From: Candidatus Moraniibacteriota bacterium
GTDB lineage: Bacteria > Patescibacteriota > Minisyncoccia > Moranbacterales > UBA1568
Length of the DNA: 64,000 nucleotides
Direction: 5' to 3'
Assembly: GCA_963743885.1 (NCBI GenBank)
Contig: CAVURJ010000001.1
Coordinates: 204,949 to 268,948 of the forward strand
Shown in pieces: positions 1 through 9,862 of this stretch. Position 1 is the stretch's first letter, and every line of letters starts with the position of its first letter. A program made the translations under genes and the position numbers. The notes beneath the pieces were generated by a model, which saw nothing but the letters and a program-made list of their open reading frames with translations, ran no database searches and was not told the origin of the DNA.

Positions 1-102
1 CTCAATGAGATCAAAGAAGTTCTGGGTAATCTCGACTTGCATCTCGGGATGAAGCTTCCGTATGAGGCAGTCGCCGTCGTCTCAGCGATGTTCAAGGACT
101 AG
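1..102 (+). CDS. 3' end of a protein with an RNA polymerase alpha C-terminal-domain-like segment (partial)
   Basis: Frame 1 reads LNEIKEVLGNLDLHLGMKLPYEAVAVVSAMFKD*, resembling the alpha-CTD 'SLNEIKEVL...L.LGM' signature; a hairpin plus T-run follows. Confidence 0.55.
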   Translation, partial: LNEIKEVLGNLDLHLGMKLPYEAVAVVSAMFKD

Positions 103-122
103 ACCGACCCATCGCGCAGCAA

Positions 123-160
123 CCCCGTTTCTGGAACCTTCAGGAGCGGGTGTTTTTTTT
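123..160 (+). terminator. Rho-independent terminator
   Basis: cccgtttctgga...ttcaggagcggg stem followed by a T-run. Confidence 0.6.
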
Positions 161-186
161 ACATCCTGTTTATCGCTATGCTAAGT

Positions 187-244
187 GTGTCACATAAACA
201 ACGGCCGTCCGCCTTGCCGTCGAGGCAGGTGGTTTATATGACAC
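187..244. repeat. Palindromic element (ACGGCCGT-core family) with a nested 21-bp insert
   Basis: gtgtcacataaac...gtttatatgacac arms; related copies at 21286, 48741, 49439 and 50910. Confidence 0.7.
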
Positions 245-247
245 GGG

Positions 248-1096
248 TTACTTCTTCAGTTTCTTTGGCGGCTTTCTTTTTTCTAAGCCGAGGAAATTCT
301 TCTTGGTGCTGACGCGCTTGCTGGTTTTCGTTTCGATGTCTTTCCTCGTGCGGCCGGCTATGGCTCCGCCATCCTTGGCGTCTTTCTGTAATTTCGGGAA
401 ACCTTTTGAGTCCCGGTCTTGCGAGAGGCGCGTGGTGGCGGCTTCGCCGAGCATAGTGAGGATGAGCTCGATATCGTCCATGTGGTCGCGCAGATTCTCG
501 CGCTTCAGACCTTTGAATTTCTTGTATTCTTCGGCGGTCATATCGAATGTTCCGGCGAGGATATCGTTGGTGAGTATGGCATATTCGATGCCTTGCTTGG
601 CGCCGCGCTTCTGCCATTCGTTGGTCAGCGTCTCGCGGACTTCGATGCCGCGCATCCTTTTCTCGATCCAAGCTTCTGGATAGCCTTTGGCCCGATAGAT
701 TTCGCGGGCACGCTGCGCTGCCAGTTCCGGATTTTCTATTTCTTGCACTCGCTCATAGCCGACCTTGGCCAGCCAGCGCTTGAACGGCTCTGCCTTGGGC
801 GAGGGGATGGATTGAATAAGCCGGAACATTCCTTCTGTATTCCAGCAGTACATTTTTTGCTTACCTCCTAGGGTTTCTACTTCCAGCATAAGGGGTGGTA
901 CAAATTGTACCCCCCCTTGATCAACGAGTCTTGCAAGTTCAGCATCCCTCGTTTTAAGTCTTTTGAAGTATTGTGCTGGATCTTTCGAATCTGTGAGCGC
1001 TTCGATAACGTCGTTTACAACAAACCACCACTCGTTATTATGGAGCGCCTTGCGGATCTGTTTTCCTTCGAAAAGAGCGATTCTTGTGTTTTTCAT
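248..1096 (-). CDS. BRO-N (phage antirepressor-like) domain protein
   Basis: IRKALHNNEWWFVVNDVIEAL...RLIQSIPSPKAEPFKRWLAKVGYER is typical of the Bro-N family; start placed at 1096 because the ATG at 1120 lies inside a repeat. Confidence 0.85.
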   Translation of the reverse strand: MKNTRIALFEGKQIRKALHNNEWWFVVNDVIEALTDSKDPAQYFKRLKTRDAELARLVDQGGVQFVPPLMLEVETLGGKQKMYCWNTEGMFRLIQSIPSPKAEPFKRWLAKVGYERVQEIENPELAAQRAREIYRAKGYPEAWIEKRMRGIEVRETLTNEWQKRGAKQGIEYAILTNDILAGTFDMTAEEYKKFKGLKRENLRDHMDDIELILTMLGEAATTRLSQDRDSKGFPKLQKDAKDGGAIAGRTRKDIETKTSKRVSTKKNFLGLEKRKPPKKLKK

Positions 1097-1114
1097 AATT
1101 TCTTGTTTCTTAGT

Positions 1115-1216
1115 TGTCATTCCCGCCCGCCTAGACGTCGAGGCTGGCGTAGACGGGAATCCAGGTTTTTTTATGATAAGCCATACTTCTGGATCCCCGC
1201 CTGCGCGAGGATGACA
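1115..1216. repeat. REP-like inverted pair GTCATTCCCGC..GGGAATCCAG / CTGGATCCCCGC..GATGACA with a nested insert
   Basis: Directly visible; related copies at 1350-1378, 51095-51142 and 60844-60922. Confidence 0.75.
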
Positions 1217-1537
1217 GAAAAGAGAGTTTCGTAATTCAAAGTTATGTATGTCAATTGTACACCTGAAATTCGCTTTTCTACAACGAAAGAACGAGAATGG
1301 AGAGGTAGGATAAAATATGCTAAACTACTAAAGTTCTAGCAGATTTTTTCTGGATCCCGGGTCAGGCCCGGGATGACAGAATAGAAGGGATTTTTTAGGA
1401 TTTTTATATGCCCGGCAGTGAAACTTCGACCATGGCATTTGAGCGATTTTCGTGTTGATGAGGAATTTTCGAACAAGAGGGTTAATTTCGTATTTAGAGC
1501 ATCTTCGACGGAAAATGTCGAAGTTCTACTACCGGGC

Positions 1538-3781
1538 ATGAAATTCTGGGAACAAGGCCTCAATCCTGAGCAGTTGCGCGCGGTCCTCCAAACGGAAGGA
1601 CCGGTGCTTATCCTGGCCGGTGCCGGATCTGGCAAGACCAAGACACTGACGCACCGTATCGCCTACCTCATCGAGGAGAAGCAGGTGTCGCCGCAGCATA
1701 TCCTTGCGGTCACCTTTACCAATAAGGCGGCGCAGGAGATGCGCGAGCGTATCGAGAAGCTCCTGTCGCAGAGCGATGCGGCCGAGTATGGCGCCGTGGC
1801 GCTGCCACAGCATATCGGGACATTCCACAATATCTGCTGCCGCATCCTCCGGAGGGAGATTGAGGTTTTGGGGTATGGCAAGAGCTTCAATATCGTCGAT
1901 AGCCAGGATCAGGAGTCACTCGTCAAGAAGTCGATGCGTGAGCTCGAGATCGATCCGGATCAGGTGAAGCCGCGTGCTATCCTCGATGCCATCTCGCGCG
2001 CTAAGAACGCCTTCAAGAGCGAAGAGCAGTTCATGCTCGAAGCCGGCAGCTACTTTGAGGAGATCATCGCCAAGGTCTACGCGGCGTACCAGAAGGCGCT
2101 TCGTGCGGGCAATAGCTTGGACTTCGATGACCTCATCATGCTCACGGTCCGGCTCTTCCAGGAGCATCCGGAGGTGCTCGCGCGCTACCAGGAGACCTTT
2201 CGCTACGTCATGGTCGACGAGTATCAGGACACCAACTACCCGCAGTACCTCCTGGTGACGCTCCTCGCCGGCAAACACAAGAATCTCTTCGTCATCGGCG
2301 ACGACTACCAGTCGATCTATGGCTGGCGCCAGGCGGACATCCGCAACATCCTTAACTTCGAGAAGGACTACCCGGAAGCGGCGGTCATCACGCTTGATCA
2401 GAACTATCGCTCGACGCAGATTATCCTCGATGCGGCACATGGTGTCATTGAGCGCAACAAGAACCAGCGACACAAGAAGCTCTGGACGGAGATGAAGGGC
2501 GGCGAGCCGATCGCGCTCGTACCGGCCGAAGACGAGGAAGCAGAGGCGCGCTTCGTGGCGGAGACGATAGCCCGCGAACGGAAAGCCGGCAAGGGCTACA
2601 GCGACTTCGCTGTGCTCTACCGCACCAACGCTCAGTCCCGCATGATCGAAGAGATGTTCCTCCGCCATTCAGTGGAGTACCGTATCGTGGGCGGACTGAA
2701 GTTCTATCAGCGCAAGGAAGTGAAGGACATGGTCGCCTATGTGCGGCTCCTCGAGAACCCGCGCGACATGCTCGCGCTCGAGCGCATCATCAATGAGCCC
2801 AAGCGGGGCCTGGGCGACGCGACACTCGCACGTTGGACCAGTTTTGCTCGGACGAATGACCTGGATTTCTTTGACGCTGCATACAAGATGACGCCTGAGA
2901 CGAGCGACCTGCGCGAGGGCAAGATCAAGGCGATCCGCGAGTTCGCGGACATCTTTCTCAAGCTCCGCCTGGAGATGGGGGAGTATCCTGATCTCAAGCT
3001 GCCCGAGCTGCTCGACAAGATCGGCCGCGCGAGCGGCTATGTCGCGAGTCTCGATGACGGCACGGCAGAGGGCGAAGCGCGAGAGGAAAACGTGCGCGAA
3101 TTGCTTACCGTTGCCAAAAAGCACGACGACCTTCCGCTTGCTGAGGCACTCCATCTTTTCCTCGAGGAAGTGGCGCTCTCATCCGATACGGACGAGATCA
3201 GCCGCAATACCGATGCGGTGCATGTCATGACACTCCACAGCGCCAAGGGCCTCGAGTTTCCAATTGTCTTCATCCTCGGTCTCGAAGAGGGTATCTTCCC
3301 GCATTCGCGCGCGCAGCTTTCTCCGGCCGAGCTCGAAGAAGAACGCCGCCTCATGTATGTCGGTTTGACCCGTGCCAAAGAGCGCGTCTATCTCCTCTTC
3401 ACTGAGAGCCGCACTATTTATGGTTCGACGCAGGTCAACCCGCCGTCGCGCTTTATCGCGGAGATACCAGATCATCTCGTTGACGAGCAGGACCGTGTGA
3501 GCTCCGGTATGATGGGTAAGAAATATTTCCAGCGGTCGTTCCAGCGCTATCCGTCCGCGCCGAAGAAGAAGCTCACCGCTCCGGTAGCGAAATCCGAAGG
3601 TGCCGAGCCGCAGGGCACGCCGATCCAGCCGGGCGAGGTCCGGCCGGGGGATATGGTAGAGCATCCGCAGTTCGGCTCGGGTCTCATCGTCTCGATCGCG
3701 GGCACGCTCGCGACCATCGCCTTCAAGCGTTCTGGCGTGAAGAAGATGATGCTTGGCGTCGCACCACTTACGAAAGTATAA
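1538..3781 (+). CDS. pcrA: ATP-dependent DNA helicase PcrA/UvrD
   Basis: LNPEQ, AGAGSGKT, DEYQD, GDDYQSIYGWR, TLHSAKGLEF and EEERRLMYVGLTRA motifs; C-terminal Tudor-like domain; start set at MKFWEQGLN. Confidence 0.95.
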   Translation: MKFWEQGLNPEQLRAVLQTEGPVLILAGAGSGKTKTLTHRIAYLIEEKQVSPQHILAVTFTNKAAQEMRERIEKLLSQSDAAEYGAVALPQHIGTFHNICCRILRREIEVLGYGKSFNIVDSQDQESLVKKSMRELEIDPDQVKPRAILDAISRAKNAFKSEEQFMLEAGSYFEEIIAKVYAAYQKALRAGNSLDFDDLIMLTVRLFQEHPEVLARYQETFRYVMVDEYQDTNYPQYLLVTLLAGKHKNLFVIGDDYQSIYGWRQADIRNILNFEKDYPEAAVITLDQNYRSTQIILDAAHGVIERNKNQRHKKLWTEMKGGEPIALVPAEDEEAEARFVAETIARERKAGKGYSDFAVLYRTNAQSRMIEEMFLRHSVEYRIVGGLKFYQRKEVKDMVAYVRLLENPRDMLALERIINEPKRGLGDATLARWTSFARTNDLDFFDAAYKMTPETSDLREGKIKAIREFADIFLKLRLEMGEYPDLKLPELLDKIGRASGYVASLDDGTAEGEAREENVRELLTVAKKHDDLPLAEALHLFLEEVALSSDTDEISRNTDAVHVMTLHSAKGLEFPIVFILGLEEGIFPHSRAQLSPAELEEERRLMYVGLTRAKERVYLLFTESRTIYGSTQVNPPSRFIAEIPDHLVDEQDRVSSGMMGKKYFQRSFQRYPSAPKKKLTAPVAKSEGAEPQGTPIQPGEVRPGDMVEHPQFGSGLIVSIAGTLATIAFKRSGVKKMMLGVAPLTKV
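3745..3769 (+). repeat. 25-bp direct repeat, copy 1 (pcrA 3' end)
   Basis: gatgatgcttggcgtcgcaccactt, identical at 5382-5406. Confidence 0.9.
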
Positions 3782-3858
3782 TAATCCGAACAAGTCTTAA
3801 AAAAGAGCTTTAATTAGAGCCCTTTTTTCTTTTAAACGACAGGAGAATAAGTAAAGTA

Positions 3859-3932
3859 TAGGTATAATTCAAGTATAATTAGACTGGTATTGACATAATG
3901 AGTCAAAATTAGGTATAATTCAAGTATAATTA
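3859..3932 (+). promoter_or_regulatory. sigma70-type promoter of the Fic gene with duplicated 23-bp operator-like repeats
   Basis: TTGACA 3890-3895, 18-bp spacer, TATAAT 3914-3919; taggtataattcaagtataatta at 3859 and 3910. Confidence 0.65.
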
Positions 3933-3939
3933 TACTTAT

Positions 3940-4004
3940 TACCAAACGAAGTGAGTGAAACGAAAGTTAACTTTCGTTTCCGAGCGCAGTGCGGGTAAAA
4001 TCGG
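3940..4004. repeat. ~65-bp structured repeat (TAC..GAGYGAAA-hairpin-TTTCCGAGCG..GTAAAA), copy 1
   Basis: Related copies at 32301-32364 and 46577-46642. Confidence 0.75.
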
Positions 4005-4030
4005 TAAATAACCGTTATTTTATAAATCGT

Positions 4031-5386
4031 ATGCTTTTCAACTTAAAAAAGCCATCCGTGGCGCAAATGGATAATAGTCAAATGCTGGATCTTCTTTCTG
4101 AGAGGAGTTCGGAAATTTTTGATTTTGTAAAAAAGGTTTCTAACGCTGAGTATTTATATTGGGATAATTTTCGCCATAAGGAACCATCGCCAAAAAACAT
4201 TTCTAAAGAATCACTGTGGATGCTTACGAAATTCATCAGAAAGGCACAATCTATCAAAACACCTATTAAGGATAAGGGCGGCAGTGTTTTTACTTGGTCG
4301 AAGCTGCAGTATTTCGAGCAGTTTTTCCATGAGCTTGATATGAATACCGGCGGAGGATTATTTGTTGAAAGCTCGGAAGTAAATAAAGCCAATAAGCAGA
4401 AGCTTATTTCCAGGGGGATAATGGAAGAGGCTATCGCCTCTTCCCAATTGGAGGGAGCTGCTACAAGCCGGCAAGCAGCCAAGAAAATGCTACGTGAGGG
4501 AAGAAAGCCGAAAAATCGATCCGAACAGATGATCGTGAATTCGTATCTTTCCATGAAATCGATTGAGGAAAATTATAAGGATAGAAAAATGACGGTAGAT
4601 TTGCTATTGGAGATGCATAGCATGATTACGTCGGATACTCTTGATTTAGAAGGAGAAAGGCCAAGGTTAAGAGGAAAAAAAGATCCAATCGTTGTGTCGG
4701 ATGATGCGACTGGTATCGTATATCACGAAGGACCGAATATGGCCTTTGTAAAAAATGAGCTTGAACGATTGGTTGAATTCGCGAATGATGAATTGGACAG
4801 CGGAGAGTTTATTCATCCAGTCATCAAGGCTATCATGCTTCACTTTTGGATGGGATATCTCCACCCGTTTACTGATGGCAACGGGCGGTTGGCTCGCCTT
4901 TTGTTTTATTGGTATCTTATGAAAAAAGGATACTGGGCTTTTGCGTATTTGCCGATTTCTAAGGTAATCAAGCGTTCACCAAAGCAATATATTATGGCGT
5001 ATGTGTACAGCGAACAGGATGATAACGATCTCGCATATTTCATAAATTACAATATCCAGAAAATTAAGCTTGCTATGAGAGAGTTTTTGGAATATAGAGA
5101 AAAACAATCAACAATGAATGTCCAGATGCGCAAGATATATGGTGTTCGATATCATTTTAATGATAGGCAGATACATTTGCTCCAGTATCTTTATGGGGAT
5201 GCTGACGGAGAAACGACGTTGTTTTCCCATATGAATGTGAACCAGGTATCAAAGATGACCGCGAGCAATGATTTGAAGAACCTTGTGAAAAAAGGATTTC
5301 TTATCCGTTCTAAGCGAGGAAGAAACGTGTTTTATTCTGGAACAGAGAAGATCGAAGAATTGTTCGAAACAAGAAAGAATGGATGA
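4031..5386 (+). CDS. Fic family protein with C-terminal winged HTH
   Basis: HPFTDGNGR Fic motif, EEAIASSQLEG, C-terminal 'VSKMTASNDLKNLVKKG' HTH; AT-rich relative to flanks. Confidence 0.9.
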   Translation: MLFNLKKPSVAQMDNSQMLDLLSERSSEIFDFVKKVSNAEYLYWDNFRHKEPSPKNISKESLWMLTKFIRKAQSIKTPIKDKGGSVFTWSKLQYFEQFFHELDMNTGGGLFVESSEVNKANKQKLISRGIMEEAIASSQLEGAATSRQAAKKMLREGRKPKNRSEQMIVNSYLSMKSIEENYKDRKMTVDLLLEMHSMITSDTLDLEGERPRLRGKKDPIVVSDDATGIVYHEGPNMAFVKNELERLVEFANDELDSGEFIHPVIKAIMLHFWMGYLHPFTDGNGRLARLLFYWYLMKKGYWAFAYLPISKVIKRSPKQYIMAYVYSEQDDNDLAYFINYNIQKIKLAMREFLEYREKQSTMNVQMRKIYGVRYHFNDRQIHLLQYLYGDADGETTLFSHMNVNQVSKMTASNDLKNLVKKGFLIRSKRGRNVFYSGTEKIEELFETRKNG

Positions 5387-5418
5387 TGCTTGGCGTCGCA
5401 CCACTTCGGAAGGTCTAG
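5382..5418 (+). pseudogene. Relic duplicate of the pcrA 3' end (MMLGVAPLRKV*)
   Basis: 25 bp identical to 3745-3769, then codons for RKV-stop versus TKV-stop in pcrA. Confidence 0.8.
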
Positions 5419-5472
5419 GAGAGAAAAAGAAAAGGCGGCTTCGGGTGAAGCCGCCTGGAGGTTTTGCAGATG

Positions 5473-6786
5473 TTACTGCGTGTCGATGCCGATCTCTCTC
5501 GGGTCGGTGATGAGGGTATTGCCCCATGCGATGCCTTTGAATCGGGGCAGGCCTTGTGGGAATGTATCGCGCATACGCATGATGAGAGAGCTGACGCGTT
5601 TTCCGGCAAGCAGTTTTTCGAGCTTACCCTCGTTTGCTGTGGCCGGGTAGTCCTTGATACGCATAGGTTTCCCGTATTCCATGTCCACGATCCGGATATG
5701 GGTCGCTTGGTGCACATGCGAACTGACGAAGGCGACTCCGTTGATGCGAGTGAGCAAATAAGCGACGCGGTGGGCTTTTTTCGGCGGTGGAGCCATCCGG
5801 AGGTAGCAGCCGTATTCGGGGAAGTTGTGTGCTTCAAGTAGCAAGCCGATCTTTTCGACGGCTATCTGCTTGAGAACGGCGCCCATCTGGATGTTGCAGG
5901 GCGTGAGCACTTTCGCTTCTACGATGGCGGCGCTTCCGATCGGATATATCTTCAGGTCTTCCATGGCGATGACACCTTGCATGTCCTCGACTGTTTTTTT
6001 GACCGCCGACTTCAGATCATCGCCGAGACTCTTCTGGATGAGCACGGAGTATCCTTTTTCGCCGAGCTCGTAGGCTACTCGGAGGATGAGGATGCCGGCC
6101 GCCAATCCGAACGGGTATTCGATCCAGGGAGCCTGGAAAAAGTACTCGCCGGATATCCCGATGAGAGCAGCGCTCTCGATGATGCCGTCGCTTCGCGTCT
6201 CTTGGCCGTCGGCTACGATGGATGGCTTTTGATGCTTGTGGCCGACCGCCATTTGGATCCTTGAGGCGACGAACGAGAGGGCGATGCTTGTCAGCACGAT
6301 GCATGCCAATACCGGGTACCAGCCGTTGAAAATAGCCGGGTCGGTATGCGTTTCGGGGACGAGGACGGAAGGTAGTGCTGCGAAGGCAGCTTTGGGGATG
6401 GAGTCCGCGAAGAATGTCTGTGCGATCCCTATGCCCGAACTACAGAAGATGGAAAGCCCGATTCCTCCGAGCAGGAACCCGATCAGGAGGACGAAGATGC
6501 TTTCAAGATTGCGCCGTCCGAACGGGTAGTCGCTGTTGCCGGTATCGCGGGCCAGTGATACGACGAGTATCACGAGGCTGGCTTCGAAGATATCCGAAGT
6601 ATTGTGGATGCCGTCGGCCCCTACGACGAGGGAACCGGCGAGCAGTCCGCCGACACCGCCTTTCAGGACGACCTTGAAGATGTACATCGTGATGACCGCC
6701 AGCATTACGCCGTGTGGCGTGAAGAGCGGCGGGATCCTTTTTTCGAGCCAGCTGAGCCAGCCCGAAGCGTATGGATGCGTTGACAT
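5473..6786 (-). CDS. Cation diffusion facilitator transporter with a C-terminal NifB/NifX-like extension
   Basis: Multiple TM segments, ADGIHNTSD, YPFGRRNLE and ADGQETRSD motifs, ZT-dimer region, extra C-terminal domain. Confidence 0.8.
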   Translation of the reverse strand: MSTHPYASGWLSWLEKRIPPLFTPHGVMLAVITMYIFKVVLKGGVGGLLAGSLVVGADGIHNTSDIFEASLVILVVSLARDTGNSDYPFGRRNLESIFVLLIGFLLGGIGLSIFCSSGIGIAQTFFADSIPKAAFAALPSVLVPETHTDPAIFNGWYPVLACIVLTSIALSFVASRIQMAVGHKHQKPSIVADGQETRSDGIIESAALIGISGEYFFQAPWIEYPFGLAAGILILRVAYELGEKGYSVLIQKSLGDDLKSAVKKTVEDMQGVIAMEDLKIYPIGSAAIVEAKVLTPCNIQMGAVLKQIAVEKIGLLLEAHNFPEYGCYLRMAPPPKKAHRVAYLLTRINGVAFVSSHVHQATHIRIVDMEYGKPMRIKDYPATANEGKLEKLLAGKRVSSLIMRMRDTFPQGLPRFKGIAWGNTLITDPREIGIDTQ

Positions 6787-6794
6787 GGGTTCTC

Positions 6795-7589
6795 CTATTC
6801 CAGATGGTGGAAGGGAAGGATGAGCAATGGAACTGATCCGACGAGCAGCTCAGCCAATTGTTCGGCGTAATCACCGAGGACGACTTCCGGATCGCGTACG
6901 ACGATGATGAGGCTTGCGTCGGTCCGGAGAGCGGCTTCAGCTATCCCGCGGACAACCGTTTCGTCGGTACGGACCGTCGTCTTGATGACGATATCGAGGT
7001 CCTCACCGGCTTTTTCGGCTGCCTGGATGATGTCGAGCGCTTTCTGGCTGATGTGGTCGGTCGGTTGATCTTCTGATACGTCGGGCTTCTTCCAGGTAGT
7101 GTGATACAGCGTGACCTGTCCGAAGTGGGGCAGGAGACGTCTGGAGAGGAAAAGGCCGCGGCGATAGGTCAGCGTCGCGAGTTCGTTGTCACCGAGCGGC
7201 AGGAGGATGCCCGGCTTTCCTTGGCGGAAGAGCGAGGTTTCGTTCTGCGGCGCGAGAATCGCATGCGATCGGACGTCTGCGATATGTGCATTCGAAACGA
7301 TGAGATCGTTCGGCTGCAAGAGCGAGACGGCATGCTTGAGCGAACCGTCGTATCCGAGGATCTGGACCTGTTTCGGATGATAGCCGGACCTGTCCAGTAT
7401 TCGACGGACATCTACCAATATGGGGTAGTCGGTTTTCCGAAGCAGTCCTATCTTGGCAGCTGCTTGCGAGGCTTGTGACTGGCTCATCGTGAGAACGGTG
7501 AGTTCGACATCAAGCGTCATCGCGAGCGCTCCGGCGTAGGCGATTTCGCTTTCTTTCCCGTAGAGGGCGATGATGCGATCGATAGTCAT
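6795..7589 (-). CDS. Universal stress protein-like (tandem USP fold)
   Basis: Two alpha/beta repeats; 'VVRGIAEAALRTDASLIIV...LGDYAEQLAELLVGSVPLLILP' is a USP-type C-terminus. Confidence 0.6.
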   Translation of the reverse strand: MTIDRIIALYGKESEIAYAGALAMTLDVELTVLTMSQSQASQAAAKIGLLRKTDYPILVDVRRILDRSGYHPKQVQILGYDGSLKHAVSLLQPNDLIVSNAHIADVRSHAILAPQNETSLFRQGKPGILLPLGDNELATLTYRRGLFLSRRLLPHFGQVTLYHTTWKKPDVSEDQPTDHISQKALDIIQAAEKAGEDLDIVIKTTVRTDETVVRGIAEAALRTDASLIIVVRDPEVVLGDYAEQLAELLVGSVPLLILPFHHLE

Positions 7590-7636
7590 TTCTGACTCCT
7601 TTCTGATGGAGAGAGTAGGTTGGTAAAGGACTGCGT

Positions 7637-7665
7637 ATCCTATCGGAAACGCAGGGGGGTGTCAA
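7637..7665 (-). promoter_or_regulatory. sigma70 promoter for the USP-CDF operon
   Basis: Reverse strand TTGACA-17 bp-TAGGAT. Confidence 0.55.
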
Positions 7666-7889
7666 TGCTCGGATCCTCAGAGTTTCATATCGAGACAGGC
7701 GCGTCTGGCGTGCTGACGAAAAAAATCGTCAATAATATGATTTTGTAGGTCGGATATTTCCGCTTAGAGAGGGGAATATCCGGCGGACCTATCCGGATGC
7801 GTATCAGAAATCAGCCCGGTGTGGCGCATCATGTGGGTATCGCCTCTACACTGACGGTGTGTTCGTTGACAACTGAAAAGGAGGGAATC

Positions 7890-9074
7890 ATGGAACGATA
7901 TCAGAACGGCCTCGTGGCATTGTCGGCGGACCCAATCACCTTCGGACACCTGGATCTCATCAGGCAGGCGAAGGAGCGATGTGAATCCGTCGTGGTGCTT
8001 ATCGCGAATAACGATCTGAAGAATGGGTCGTACCTCTTCTCTCTCGAGGAGCGGGTAGCGATCGCCATCCAGGCGGTCGCCTACTCCGGGATCGACGGTG
8101 TCCGAGTGATCGGTTCAGGCGGACTGCTCGTCGATACATACCTCCGCGAAGGATGTGATGCGGTCTTCCGCGGCATCCGCAATGCGAAGGATATCGAGTA
8201 TGAAGAGGAGCAGATGCGGCTGCATACGTTCATCCTTCCGGAGCTTGAGGGACGCATCGTGTTTCTTGAGTCGAGGGAGGAGTATCGCATCATCTCGTCA
8301 TCGCTTGTCAAAGCGTTCGTGCGGAGCCATATCGACGTATCGCGTTTCGTACCGGCCTTCGTGAAGCAGCTGCTCGAAGAACGGATCTGCCGGCAGTACA
8401 AGGTAGCCGTCACCGGTTGCCAGGCGAACGGCAAGACATTCGTAGCGGAGGCTCTCGCGAAGCGGTTGGAAGGACGTGGTATCCAGGTCCATACGATCAG
8501 CATCGATGTACTAGTGCGGCGCCTGTTTGAGGAGGATTCTCCCGGGGCGCAGTCGGTACGCGAGGCGATAGCGGAACTATTCGGAAGTCTGGTGCTGACA
8601 GGGGATCGGAAAGGCGTGGATCGGGCCGCTCTGAAGCGGGCGGTATTCGATCCGACGAACGATCCGGAAAAACGCGAAAAGCTGCATCGTCTGACGGAAC
8701 CGCATGTCGCACGCCTGTATCGGGAAGCGCTTTCGGGGAAGCAGGGGCTTGTCATCGTCGAATGGGCGCAGCTCGCAGAGATGGGCCTTTCGCACTGGAC
8801 CAATCATCAGGCGATTGTCGTCGCAGCGGCTGATGCGGAAGCATTTGCTGCAGCGCGGCTGATCAGTCCTGAAGAGCGGGAACGTGTCAGTCAGTTCCAG
8901 TGGAGCACGGAGCAGAAGGTGGAAGCGCTCTATCGCGCTGCCGATGAAGCGAAGCATGGGACGGTGGTCCAGTTCGTGAATCGGATCGGTGACGAAGCGT
9001 CTCTTGAGAGGCTCGCGGGCCAGATGCTCGAGCTCTTTCCGGATCTCAAAGGTTTCGAAAGGAGGAAGCCATGA
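7890..9074 (+). CDS. coaD: Bifunctional phosphopantetheine adenylyltransferase / dephospho-CoA kinase (CoaD-CoaE fusion)
   Basis: N-terminal SADPITFGHLDLI, FSLEER, RGIRN and ISSSLVK (CoaD); C-terminal VAVTGCQANGKTFVA, DRAAL..AVF and LHRLTEPHV (CoaE); RBS AAGGAGG before the ATG at 7890. Confidence 0.85.
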   Translation: MERYQNGLVALSADPITFGHLDLIRQAKERCESVVVLIANNDLKNGSYLFSLEERVAIAIQAVAYSGIDGVRVIGSGGLLVDTYLREGCDAVFRGIRNAKDIEYEEEQMRLHTFILPELEGRIVFLESREEYRIISSSLVKAFVRSHIDVSRFVPAFVKQLLEERICRQYKVAVTGCQANGKTFVAEALAKRLEGRGIQVHTISIDVLVRRLFEEDSPGAQSVREAIAELFGSLVLTGDRKGVDRAALKRAVFDPTNDPEKREKLHRLTEPHVARLYREALSGKQGLVIVEWAQLAEMGLSHWTNHQAIVVAAADAEAFAAARLISPEERERVSQFQWSTEQKVEALYRAADEAKHGTVVQFVNRIGDEASLERLAGQMLELFPDLKGFERRKP

Positions 9075-9862
9075 ACATCGGCCAATACGAAGTGACAAGG
9101 AAGATCGGTGAGGGCAGCTTCGGGCGGACATTCGAAGGACGGCATCGGACGCTCGGCGTACCGGCCTGCATCAAGCAGGAGCGGACGGGCGACCCGACGT
9201 ACATGAGACTGTTCCGCGAAGAGGCATCCTTGCTGGCCAAGGTGCATCACGTCTCTCTTCCGGCGTTCCGCGACTATTACGAGCTTCCTGATTTTGGGCA
9301 AGTGATCGTGATGTCGTTCGTCGTCGGCGAGAACCTCAAGAAGAAGGTCGAGCGCGAAGGAGCGATCGATGATGAGCATATCGCATGGATCATCCAGCGG
9401 GCGCTTGATGCGCTGTCATACCTTCATTTCCAGGGCATCGTGCACTGTGATGTGAAGCCTGACAACCTCATCCTCCATCTGAAGGAACACAATGCGGTGC
9501 TCGTCGATTTCGGTCTTGGTGTGACGAACCCGGACGCAGCGACTCGGGCGAAGGGCGGTACAGAGATGTACATGCCGCCGGAATTCGGGAACGGCTTGCC
9601 GCCGATCCCGGCCTCCGATATCTATTCGCTCGGGAAGACGGCGCTCTTCCTTGCGGGAGGTAATCCACAGACAGGGGTGCCGCCGAAGGACATGCAGCCG
9701 CTTCTGGCGGAATGCATACGGGCGATGATCCGCAAGGATCCGCTTGCCCGGCCGCAGGATGCGCGCGGTATCAGCCGCGCCATCACAGAGATCCGTCGTC
9801 GGGCTTTCGGCCGGACGGAAACCGTTGAGTTGTTCAAACTACGCGAGAGGAGCATATCATGA
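9071..9862 (+). CDS. Hanks-type Ser/Thr protein kinase
   Basis: IGEGSFG, IK, HCDVKPDN, DFG, GTEMYMPPE and SDIYSLG; ATGA overlap with the upstream gene. Confidence 0.9.
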   Translation: MNIGQYEVTRKIGEGSFGRTFEGRHRTLGVPACIKQERTGDPTYMRLFREEASLLAKVHHVSLPAFRDYYELPDFGQVIVMSFVVGENLKKKVEREGAIDDEHIAWIIQRALDALSYLHFQGIVHCDVKPDNLILHLKEHNAVLVDFGLGVTNPDAATRAKGGTEMYMPPEFGNGLPPIPASDIYSLGKTALFLAGGNPQTGVPPKDMQPLLAECIRAMIRKDPLARPQDARGISRAITEIRRRAFGRTETVELFKLRERSIS

